Below are positions 11,514 through 23,300 of a stretch of 64,000 nucleotides of DNA, one piece after another. A program made the position numbers and the translations under genes. The stretch is from Phoronis australis (Eukaryota; Animalia; Phoronida). The DNA is taken from contig NMRA01000087.1 in NCBI GenBank assembly GCA_002633005.1, forward strand, positions 312,291 through 376,290, in the 5' to 3' direction. Position 1 is the first letter of the stretch. Each line of letters begins with the position of its first letter. The notes under the pieces are model-generated. The model was not told the origin of the DNA, ran no database searches, and saw only the letters and a list, made by a program, of their open reading frames with translations.

Positions 11514-14500
11514 CTGTAAAAATGAGATTGTGATAAGTATATTGGATAATCCAATGAAATTAGGTGTTACAACTCGGCTAGACACACTTTATACTCCTGG
11601 AAAATATTAATGACACGTAACTGGCTTGTCCAATGAAATACAATTTTTTTCTGTTCACTCAACTTTTGGCAACTTCATTTCAAGACTCACTGAGCAAAAA
11701 GCGTGTAATCTATGATTGGAATAAATACCCACAACTTCACAACAGCTAGTCAGAATGTCCTACAGAACAAACAACTATTCGGCTGACAAGTTACTTTTGA
11801 TACTTTAAAAAAGTTGTGAATATTCAGTTCAGTGCTCCACAGATTAATGTTCTTTCAATCTGGCAAACCGATGTTTTTAAACCTCAGGTTCTAATTAAGG
11901 TTCAAACTGAAATATTTTTTCAAATAATCCCTAACATAACAGCAACTATACCTTCAATGGCATTACTCTCAGCATTGACGTCTTTAAGCTTCTCCAGTTT
12001 GTATACAACTTTAGGTAACACAGTGAATTTGTTGTAAGATATATCCAAGGTTAAGAGGTCAGACAAATCTTTTAATTCCTCGGGCAGAGTGGACAATTTG
12101 TTGTTGCAAACTTTCAAATCTGTAAACAAACATAACAAATTAAAGTAAATTTTGCAGACAAAAGTTATTAAACTAAGAAAACAGCATCTCAATCAAGACA
12201 CATTATCAGTCAAAACAATTACAGTTATAAAATCAATTTCATTTTGTTTTAACTCAAGCTAAGACCAAGTCCACACCAAAATTAATGCTTTTTCAGAATT
12301 TGCAAGGGATGAATGAAAAATCATATTGTGACAAATGCAAAATGGCCATTCAAAGAAAAAACTCCAGCTAAGTTACATTCATAAGGTCGTAATATATGGT
12401 GATTGACACCAAGCAAACTCTCAGGATTGGAAATCAATGATTTGTATTGAATGGTAACACACCTTGAAAATCCATACTATGTAGTTTGGTCTTTGCCTAT
12501 CACAAATCTGCAAAGACCAGGGCCCGGTCTCCAATCTTTTTACTCGAAATGGAACTCAAAATTAGGTTTGGCATTTTCTACTCTACTTTTGGGCGAACTC
12601 AAGATAAGTGTCTGTTATTCTATGCTCGAGTACACAATAACTTACGTAGATAATTTATTGCCCTTAGTTCACAGTTTGTAAACCCAATATTAAAGCAATA
12701 AGTTCGAGTTTGAACTCGAAACTTTGAGTTTTTACTCGAGTTTGTAGCACCAATATAAGGGTCTTCAAGGGCAAACTTGAACTAGAAACTCCTATGCATA
12801 AACTATAATGTATTCGAGCACAGTCTGATAACCAATTATCTTAAGTTTGCACAAAAGGAGCAGAGAAATTGTAAAAAATAGTTTCAAGTTCGTTTCGAGT
12901 ACAAAGATTAGAGACCGGGTCCAGGGTTTTATCCAGGATTGCAATAGTGGTAGTCCAAATTTCCAAAAAAAATGATCGAGCACGGGAGTGTATGTAGAAT
13001 GCATATGTCAATCATGACGGAAACCGCAGACGACACTGGCTGTGCAAAATTCTAGAACCTCTACCCGAAACCACAAGCGTCGGGCTCTACAGACACAGTG
13101 AAGAGTTGTAACGGCTTGGAAGTTTTTCACAGGGTGTAACCATAAATATTGGATAAGTCAAAGAAACCTTTATAAGACCAATGAAATGAGCTCAAATTGG
13201 ATAAGCCAGTGACAATGAAAAATTCACCAAAACAAACCAATTCATCTAACTGATAAATGCACAAGCAACAACCAATAAAAGTCATGGAAAGCCTTTCTAT
13301 TCCCAGGTATGTTGGGCTGCAGGTAACACCAGTCTGTGTCATGAGGCGCGCAGAATATTGAAAAATACACCACGAAAGCACATTTGCACATTAAATTTCT
13401 TATTTCTGAAATGACTGATGGCCTATTTCTCTGAGCAACGACTGACCAGACAATAACATTGAGAAAGTGGCCATCATTTCAAGCAGCTTTTTAAAATTTT
13501 GCCCGTCAGTCTTTTTTAATTCTGACCATCCCGTCGAACCCGTCCAAAATAACACTCTGCGGAGGATGCTCAAACCCTTGATAGGGACCATGCCTTTTAG
13601 TGAAGTTTCTCAAAAAGAAAAGTATATTCAAAGAAAAACAACAGTAACAACAACGTGACCAAATTTCATTTAATATAAATTTTAAAGATGAAATCTCAAA
13701 AACTCTGTTACAGTTTTCTAATATCATTTTGTTTTCAATTATGTAACTTTCAATTTTTTTTCAGGAAAATCATAAAAGTCTGATTTTTGATAACCCCTCG
13801 TGCAAAAATAGAACATTTTAGAAACAACCAACAGTATTTTGGAGAAAGGTGTATAAAGCATTAAATTTGACAGTTTCATAAGATACGAATCCGATCAGTC
13901 ATTTATGAGATGTGATGCTCCAAGTTGGCCATTTTTGTATTTTTTCTAGGATCACACGTAACATCAAATTAATGATTGTAATCATATCGAACTCAAACTA
14001 ATTTTGTTGTCCAATGTCAGTTTTATGCTTCAATGGCTTTAAGTACATTTCCTGTTTACCAATTTTCTCAATTTTGAGTACCTAAATTTTAGCGTTTTTG
14101 CTCCTTATGCACTGTGAAATTTGTTTCTTTGATGATTTAGTTCAACATCACTTGTTTGCTTTTGAATAATTTGAGTTCAAAATCAAACCACAAGTTCCCT
14201 CACTATAGTTCACTAAATGACTTTAAGGTTCAAGTCCCGATTAGGCAAAAAGTCTTTTCAGACTTATATTCATTAGGTCATGTGATGTGGCAACAACTGG
14301 CATGCCGACCAGAATTAAAAATGTTTGCGATAAGGTTACTTGATGCAAATAAACAGAAGTTTCTTTTTCAATAAATATAAATTAACTGTGATCTCTACAC
14401 CTGTGTTTATGCCTTTTCTCATGCTTAATTAGAACAATGACGGCATTGCAAAATTTGATGTCGCTTTAAGTACGGAGGCAAAAGCTCAACCCAAAATCAC

Positions 14501-17500
14501 CATTTTTCAAATTTAGTATACTAATCCTTTCTCTGAAATCAAAAACAACACTCTAATGATTTATCGCAAGTCAAGGTCATCAAACAAGCACTGTCACTAC
14601 TTTATGGCTTTGTAGCAAACTGTGCCGAGCCCCCTTAAATATTGCTTCAACTACAGTATATCTATATAAATGTGAAGATAAACACCACAAGACATCACAA
14701 TAAATCACACACCGCTCATAACAAGAGCTTACCTGTGAGGTGGGTGAATTTGAGAGCAAGCTTGGACGGGATTTTACGTATCACATTGAATGACAGATCA
14801 CAGGCCTCCACAGGTGTGTTTTTCAGGAGGAAGAAGACAGCATCAGGTACCTGCATGAGTTGACAACTGGAGAGATCTGGAAATAAATGAAGACTAGTTG
14901 CAAACCACATTAATGACAATGGCATAGTACTTCATTTTTGTCTCTCTTGTTTCCTCCCAAGCTAGCTGGACAGGATAGAGTTTAAAAGTGAACTTACAAC
15001 TACAAGCAGCTGAAAATTGCCAATGAGGACCCACAATTTACTCACGGCATCATCAAGGAGTGAGATACACTAAATATATGACAAGAGTGACTGGAAACAT
15101 TGCTGTAGTATCAACTATCAGTCTGACATTAAGATCAAACTTAGATTACAGAACCCTCCACTGAAAGGGCTGAAATATATAAGCCTTACACAGTGCGGAA
15201 AATTGTGTACCTGTCCTGCATTCATGTCACAATTAGGTAGTGATGGAAAAGGTGAGCGGTGATGGTGATACACTAAATATGCAGACGAAGGCTTGAGGTG
15301 AGTGAAATCATGTGCAAATTGTAGGTTAATGTTGAACTTGACATGGCTATATTAACTAAACATCTTTATTTACAGAAAAGCTGAACTTCATTGTGGAATA
15401 TGTTCTCTCCACTTTCCTCACATTAATTCACAGAAATCACTTTATTGCCAGCTATATGAGAAGCTATCAGTTCCCACACTGCCAAAAGATGCCCTAACGC
15501 AGACTTGGAAATGCAAATTGCTTGGTCATTTTGGTTGCAGAAGTGTTCTGCAGTGCACACAAACAATTTTAAGTAGGCAAATTTAAGAATGATAGTTATT
15601 GCATTTGTATTGCTGCAGCAAGGGAGTTAGACTAGCTGCAGCGGCATCCCAAAGGTGAGCAACACCTCAAGGGCAAGCAGCACCCTAAGGGCGTGAGCAC
15701 CCCAAGGGCAAGAAGCACCCACAGGCATGTAGCACCTCAAGGCGAGCAACACCCCAAGGGCAAGCAGGACACCAAGGGCGAGCAGCACTTACAGAGAAGA
15801 ACTGCAAAAAGTGGTGGGACCCCAAGCAGGTTGTGAAACTATTACAAAAACCGCAAATTCAGACGGCAGCAGTTTCAAAATCTTGATATTAAATCAACAC
15901 ATCATTTACTGAGATTGACACAATCAATGCATTAGGTTATCATCTCCACCAAAAACCTGTGACAATCTTAAATTCACAATGAGGCACAATTTCCGGTTAG
16001 TCACAAATCAACTCTTTGTCAGCAGAATGAATGTCAAATTACAGCAGGGAATTGACACATCTGCAAAAAGTGGCTAAATAAACGATCACTTTTCCAATAC
16101 ATCACAACTTAACTTGCAGTCCAATAAAATCAAAAGTGACACCTACCTTGTTCGTTACAACAAATTTATTGGTACCATTTTCTTACTTTTGTAAAAATAT
16201 GTCAATCATCATTCGAAACATAAACATTTACTCAAAGACGAAACAGAATCGATTAAACTGCACTGAATTCAGTGAACAGGATAGAATATACAAAACAGCA
16301 TTGAGTTCAGGATATGAAATCGATGAGTGCAGATTGAATTGATGCAATAGCATTCATACACAGGATAGGATTGAATTGTCGTACAATTGGCATCGAGTTC
16401 ATTAAATGGAACTGAATATACAATTTGATTTTTTGCAGAAATGGCTGCCCATACATGACTGCTCCTAACAGCAGAACAATGAATTAATTCCTAGTTGTTT
16501 TCAAGCCACTCACTGGTGCCAAATTAGTTTACTCAAGGAAGACTGTAGGCTGTTCATTGTAATTAATTTTGCTTCAGAACTTGTTTCTAAGTTTTTTTAC
16601 CCATATCATTCCAAAGCTATATATGTTATATATACAGGCTTGCATCAAGGATATCCTACGATTTTTACCTCTGGCTGACTGGTTCTAAGCTTACTGCAGG
16701 AGCTGTAGTTGGTCCATCAAAGCTGTAACTGTAAGATAGCATTATTGGCCAACGGGGATTGCCGGGAGCTGGCAATAACTTTTGATTGAAAATATACTGA
16801 AAACCAAAAAAACAAATAAGTTTAGACTTACCTGTCAATAAACTTTGTCCAATTTTGATATCCTTTCAAATAGGTCCTTTACTGTTATAATTCAGTTCTG
16901 TTACCAGTGCAGTTTAGCTCAGACACATGCTAAAAATTGTCAGTTTATAGCCACTTTCCAACTGCAAAAATCACCACTGTTTTGGTCAGGTGACCTATAA
17001 TTTGCATATTTATGACACAAAACTGAAATGGGATAAATGCAGGTTTAGCCAATTTATTATTCATAGGTAATTGTGTCCATACTGTTTCATATACTTTATT
17101 TTAGCAAAGTGAATACTGTTCAGAATTCCTATTACAGAGCCATCGCCTGCACACCCTTAAATGTCCAGAGGCAATGTATTGCCTAAGTACTACTGGAAAC
17201 AGGAACACAAACATTTAATAATTTGCATTTAAATTACACATCCCTGCATAAGCTACCAGTGGTTTCTATTGGAGGGTGAAGATTTTGTTAAGCATAGGCC
17301 ATCAGACTGGGTCCGATTTATTTTCAGAATGTCTGATCAGATTTCACATTAGTACAGACATTTACCCAATTCATTTCTGGGAATGGTCTTGACAAAATTC
17401 ACGCTCTCTGCCTTCATGTTTGTCACGAACTTTACGATTCAAGACAAAGAATCACTCCGCTTGAAAGTTTTTCATTCTCCTATAGTCAATTTGGGTCAAA

Positions 17501-19717
17501 CTTAATGGTTACCATACTCCAATCTTATTGGGTGTTGCTTTTGTATTTTTTACTTAGACGAATACTATTGGTTGCTTTTGCGATATTTCTCGTGTCATCA
17601 GCTAATTTAAATTGAGCTTATCTCATTAATTTCTAAGGAGCTATGGTGGCTGATCCAATGATAACCCCCAGCGTTCGAAATACACACTGGCCTGGTGGCC
17701 TGGGGCTAGTGGATTTGCGGCTGGGCCAGTAGCCTTCACATAAAGGCTCTACCTAGATGTGCTCTCCTATTCAAGTCTTAACTCCTATGATACAAACTTC
17801 TTCAGGTGTTTTTGTTGTTTGATACTAAGAAATGATTAAAATATCAGTTTCAATGCATACCGTGATTGAGACGCTTACAAGGAAGTCACGCATTTCTAAA
17901 GATATGTGTTAAATTTCCCATCTCGTCCTTCTGAGCAGCTTTTACCAGGATCAAAGAGAGCGCGCCGCTGGAGTACAATACAGTTGTGACGATCGCATTT
18001 TCCGATGTAAGACCCAATTAAGTGTAATTATCAGACCATAAACTGTAGTAAACATCTCTACCTGTACAAAGTGGCGAATTTTCTAAATGCATTAACCAAT
18101 AATTTCTGTTAAAACGAACACCACGGCGGTATTCAGCGAGAAAAAACGACCACGTCTGGTTTTTGATTTTTAAAAATCGATGAACGCATAACTTTAGATA
18201 AAAACTACAAATGTTGGGTACGATTCATAAATGATCATGCGTATTGATATACTCGGTGGATTTACAAACGCTGACCAGAGTTAACGATATCGTATAGATT
18301 ATTCTTTTAACTGTTTCAATCTCGTTTAACCAGATTTTTGACTAGGAAACAGTTGTCCTTAACGTGTGCCAACTAATTTTTTATGACTGACAAAAAGCTA
18401 GAATAGTTATGTAGTCTGTGCAACTAAAATTGCCCAGAGATTCAAAATATTCAGTTTGGCCATCACCATATTTGCACTTTTGTATATTTTTATGATTTGA
18501 GTTCTAACACAGATTAAAAGTTTAGTCTTGTTTGCTGTGAAATGTTTAGTGTAGCTGCAATCTGGAAAGTTCAGGGATAGATTCACAATTAACTAATCTA
18601 ATAAAGTTTCGCTAGCCATCAAAATTAACCACTGTTTTGGTACTTCAATTTTAAAAATAAAAAAAAGATATCAACTCATTCTCAGTAAGAAAAAACAAAT
18701 ATACAGGAGTATTAAACTGAAATAACGAAAACTGGTATGGAACATTTTTAAAACCATCATTCCTTTGGGAATTATCTTGTTGTGAAGATAAACACAAATT
18801 AACTTATTTAGTCCTGTAATATTTAAAATGTGCCAAGTTAAAATTACTCTTCACAGACGCAGGCTGTAACTCAAATTTGGGTGTACTAACAACCATCATT
18901 GTTGAGACACTAGTGCTAGCTGCCTTTCCACTTCATTAGCTCAGATCTACGTCAATACATTTAGGGTGAGTTGAATAGGCATCATAAAAGTTGTCTGGGG
19001 ATAAGGGAATCTGAGCAGTGACCAGTGTAAAGGCCCGTTTAGACATCAACTTTTAATGCAGTGCAACTGACGCGGTGCAACTTGATCGGCGTCAAGTGGC
19101 GGTTTGCACACACAATTTCATTAACTACGTGACAAGACGGAAATTGGATGCGGGAGAGACTAGAATGCACATGCGCAGGTATTTAAATAGGGGCGTTGCA
19201 GAGACAGAGAGCCCGTATGTAGGTCATTGCCCAAGTGCAGTAAAGATGATCCTTTATGCCTTGCCCCAGTTTCGCGTTTATGTAATTGACACGGAGCAAG
19301 ATCGATGTTCGAGCGCAAATTGCCCCACGTCACCTCACAAACGGGTGGCAAAAGTTGTCACCACTGTGTCAGTTTGCTCCGTGACAGGAACATCTCGTTC
19401 CGTGTCAGCTGATCCGTGTTAACTTTTGTAGTGTAAACGTGAATTCTTCACGTGGAGGGGAGCGGCAAATGATGATTTAGTCGAGTTGAGAAAAAGCAAA
19501 ATTATATTAATGACATGAAATATGCGCATCGTCAGAAAGGGGAGAGATTTGCTACCGAGATAGTGTATTATGGACTTATCCAATACTAGCACTCGTACTG
19601 GTTCGAACTGGCACACTGACCGAACCACGTCAACAACAAAGGATTTTTACCCAGTTTCCTGTCTTCTTTAGCATCGTCGCATCTTTTGACAACTTTCGTT
19701 ACTTCCTTGCCAGCCAT
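11356..19717 (-). CDS. LRRC20: Leucine-rich repeat-containing protein 20, complement(join(11356..11513,11952..12119,14733..14876,19651..19717)), 178 aa
   Basis: All introns are GT-AG and phase 1. Protein MAGKEVTKVVKRCDDAKEDRKLDLSSCQLMQVPDAVFFLLKNTPVEACDLSFNVIRKIPSKLALKFTHLTDLKVCNNKLSTLPEEL...INLQHNPLP... has the typical invertebrate LRRC20 N-terminus and LRRs. Confidence 0.92.
11952..12119 (-). CDS. LRRC20: LRRC20 coding exon 3
   Basis: tttacag|ATTTG...GAAG|gtatag; LRRs NNKLSTLPEEL and LDISYNKF. Confidence 0.92.
12521..12921. mobile_element. PIF/Harbinger-type MITE
   Basis: ~40-bp TIRs ggcccggtctccaatctttttactcgaaa / tttcgagtacaaagattagagaccgggtc, flanked by the 3-bp direct repeat CAG (CWG target site typical of animal Harbingers). 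Confidence 0.75.
14733..14876 (-). CDS. LRRC20: LRRC20 coding exon 2
   Basis: tttccag|ATCTC...ACAG|gtaagc; DLSSCQLMQVPDAV. Confidence 0.92.
15645..15788. repeat. Degenerate ~18-bp minisatellite (caccccaagggcaagcag)n, ~8 units
   Basis: Visible periodic cacc..aagggc..agc units. Confidence 0.8.
19031..19443. mobile_element. Possible eroded Harbinger-like insertion in LRRC20 intron 1
   Basis: GC-richer block starting taa|aggcccgtttagac and ending gtgtaaacgtg (weak inverted match). Confidence 0.3.
19651..19717 (-). CDS. LRRC20: LRRC20 coding exon 1
   Basis: ATG at 19717, MAGKEVTKVVKRCDDAKEDRKL, donor G|gtaaaa. Confidence 0.88.
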
Positions 19718-20386
19718 TGTACATTTAGTCAGGTTCAATGAGATTCTTAGAACATAAGAGTAGATGGAGTAACGATATTTAAAATATTAAGCAAAAATCT
19801 TCGTCATGTTTATTGACCGAGTCAGCTGACATCTTGTTTTGGTTTGCAGGATCCCTTTCCTCTAACAAAATATGACACTTAAAATAAATTCCAAATCTAC
19901 CTAGTTCCTTTAAAAAATACAACGCCAGGTAGTAAACATCGTCATATTTGATAGAACCAGTCTAATGTCATAAAGTTAATAGATTTAGATATTACACCAG
20001 GTTCCAGTACAGTGCCGATGTTAATTTAGGTAAGGGGCCAAGTGACGTCAAACGCGGAAATAAACCAGGAACAAATGTGAGAGTGCTGGAATTTCCTCGT
20101 GCAAGGATTTTCTGGGGTATCGGTTCATACTACCACTTCAAACGTCGTTCCGACTTTATCTCATCATAACGGATAGACTATTCAGTTTTTGTCATAAACG
20201 TGTTTTTGATCTTTGAACTTTTTATCCGAAGTTGATGTTATCTCGGCGATATCTTTACGAGTCGAGAAGAGTGAATCTTAGATTTAGAACTTCCTCAAGA
20301 CTCACATAGATGTTGGTGTTCACTAAGGCGTTTTATAAGTTCGCATGAAGTTTGAATAACTCGAGGAAGAGCATCTTAAATAGGAA
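19718..20386. promoter_or_regulatory. Compact divergent (bidirectional) promoter/5' UTR region between LRRC20 and BCAP
   Basis: The two start codons are ~670 bp apart, head-to-head. CRE palindrome TGACGTCA at 20043-20050, ETS-like GCGGAAA at ~20054, kB-like TGGAATTTCC at 20087-20096. Confidence 0.6.
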
Positions 20387-20393
20387 ATGGCGG
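20387..20393 (+). CDS. PIK3AP1: BCAP-like exon 1 (ATG GCG G)
   Basis: gaaATGG Kozak-like context, donor G|gtgagt; phase 1 joins 28026. Confidence 0.6.
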
Positions 20394-23300
20394 GTGAGTG
20401 TGTTCAGTTGATCACCATGTCAATAATTAATTTCTGTTAATTTCTATAACCGGGTATTGACGTTTGTGTGCGGCCTCGCAGATGCCGGTCTTGCTTAAGA
20501 ATGCTTCAGATTATTTCTTACTGTTTACTGTATTTATGCTATTAAATACCTCAAACGAAACTCAAGTTTTTGCAGCTGTGACAGTGTATGGCTTGTTCTG
20601 TAGATAACTGTAAGTAACACATTCACAAAGGGAGCCAAAAGAAACTTGTCCTGTTTCCTGGCGACATGTACTTCATCAGTAGATTCCTGGAACTTGTGGA
20701 AGTCTCGGTGCCATCAACTGATCAAGAGCCTGGTTTATCAGGAAATCTGGCCTAAAATCCTATTATGTGGAGCACATCAGTTACCACCTTAGCGATGGCT
20801 ACATGGCCAGTACTAAAACACTGGCTACTAATGTAAAGGAATTTATTAAATCCTGGATTAAAATTGGTGATTTTTCACTTTATTTGGGCTCTAAAGCTAA
20901 TTCCTCTTAAAAAAGTTAAGATCATTTTTACACAATGTAATATCATGTTTGAATAGTTTGTGAAAACCGCATGTGATTAGGATTTTGAAATTTGGTGGGG
21001 CGGGGATGGGGGGGGGCATGGTGACTTGCCAACAAATAGTTATCACTGTTATAATATGATACTCGCATGCTTGAATTTATACGGGCTACCAGGATTCTGC
21101 AAATGCGACCTGGAAATTTGCATCGGCCAAGTCGTAAATGGCTACCTACCAATTTTTGTAGGATCAAGGAAATATTACCCACGTTACAACTTATTTTGGT
21201 CAGTTGACTTGCGTAATTTGCATATTAGCAACAAAAGATAAAAGGAAATTAATCATAGTTTCTCATCAAGTCCTAATTAATTATTCACAGGTAATTGTTT
21301 CTGGGCCTACCATGTATTGTAATCAATACGCAAACTAATTAAAAATTCCCATTACAAGCCCATGACCCTGCAGGTGGTTACCACGACATGGTGGGTTGTC
21401 TACTAATTATTACAAGTTCCCTATCTTCAGACATTATTGTAGTTGTGTTATCTAAGGCCTCCCCTACACAGTGGCAGTTTATGCCTTATCATGCAGACTG
21501 TTTAATGTCACCATGAAGAAGATTATGGCTACTTGGTAATGTGTAGTTAACACAAATAGTCTGGCTTATCTGAATCTGAGTAACTTCATATTGTGCAAAC
21601 TGTGGTGTCCCACAGGTTGATTATATTAAAGTGTTCCAGTTTTCAGACTGGGTTCACCTTAAATGACCTAATTCTTAAACCACTGGTAGGCTAGACTAAT
21701 TAGTTCCTAGCTGCGACTAGACCACTTCAGTGTAGGTGTACTCTGTGGTGGTAGAGTGCAAAACTGTGTAGATGTTTTACAATGCTGGTTCAGTGTCCTT
21801 GTGCTGTGGAACCCTTTCTGACATGGATTGAGTCAAATAGCCTGGGTGTAATATCATAATTCAAGACTCAATCTGGCTCCCATGCCAGAACAAAAGTTTA
21901 GGCTTCAGAAAATGTATTTCAGAAATGGCTGGTCATTTGGTTCAAATGAAACTTTCAGATATGCTTTATGGGCTGTTCTCCAAAACTTTGTTGTTTGGTT
22001 ATTGTTCTGCTTTTGAATGAGGGGCTATTAAAATTAGGGCTTTAATGACGTGCATGAAAAACTCACAAAGTTTAAACAAGAATGAGGTGTCATGATTACC
22101 AAACTGTAAAAGGTTTTTGAGATTTCATTTTGATCATTAATAGAAAACGCAAGTTTGGTCATTGTATGGATACTGTTGTTTTACCATCAGTGTGCCTCTA
22201 ACTTGCTAAATTTTGCAAAAAACATGGTCACAAAAAGTGAGGGCTATATCCACCATCCCGCTGTGGTGCGCTGCCCATGTTACCTAATCAAATTCTATTG
22301 GCTCTATACTTTCAGAAAATATATAATTATATAAAGGAAAACGTGGCTGTACTTCAGGAGCAAGTTTTTGAATATATGCAAAATTCGTTGAATACATGAC
22401 ACTTGTTGTTATTAACAATCTTTATTCCGTTCTGTTCGTTCCCTCGGAACAAAGTTCGACACTCAACAGAACATGTCTTTTGGTCAGTTGCTTTACCAAT
22501 GTTGACTGNATTATTCACAGGTAATTGTTTCTGGGCCTACCATGTATTGTAATCAATAAGCAAACTAATTAAAAATTCCCATTACAAGCCCATGACCCTG
22601 CAGGTGGTTACCACGACATGGTGGGTTGTCTACTAATTATTACAAGTTCCCTATCTTCAGACATTATTGTAGTTGTGTTATCTAAGGCCTCCCCTACACA
22701 GTGGCAGTTTATGCCTTATCATGCAGACTGTTTAATGTCACCATGAAGAAGATTATGGCTACTTGGTAATGTGTAGTTAACACAAATAGTCTGGCTTATC
22801 TGAATCTGAGTAACTTCATTCTGTGCAAACTGTGGTGTCCCACAGGTTGATTATATTAAAGTGTTCCAGTTTTCAGACTGGGTTCACCTTAAATGACCTA
22901 ATTCTTAAACCACTGGCAGGCTAGACTACTTCAGTGTTGGTGTACTCTGTGGTGGTAGAGTGCAAAACTGTGCAGATGTTTTACAATGCAGGTTCAGTGT
23001 CCTTGTGCTGTGGAACCCTTTCTGACATGGATTGAGTCAAATAGCCTGGGTGTAATATCTTAATTCAAGACTCAATCTGGCTCCCATGCCAGAACAAAAG
23101 TTTAGGCTTCAGAAAATCTATTTCAGAAATGGCTGGTCATTTGGTTCAAATGAAACTTTCAGATATGCTTTATGGGCTGTTCTCCAAAACTTTGTTGTTT
23201 TGTTATTATTCTGCTTTTGAATGAGGGGCTATTAAAATTAGGGCTTTAATGACGTGCATGAAAAACTCACAAAGTTTAAACAAGAATGAGGTGTCATGAT

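Noticed and set aside
13682-14469. Possible Kolobok-like element bounded by ttaaag...ctttaa
   Set aside because: The inverted similarity beyond the first 6 bp is too weak to support by eye.
20640-20685. CTGATGAAG...GAAAC...GTTTC on the minus strand, hammerhead-like
   Set aside because: Stem II and stem I cannot pair; chance core match.
21272-21297. ctaat...ttcacAG|GTAATT recursive-splice-like motif in BCAP intron 1
   Set aside because: Weak pyrimidine tract and a modest intron length; cannot be distinguished from background.
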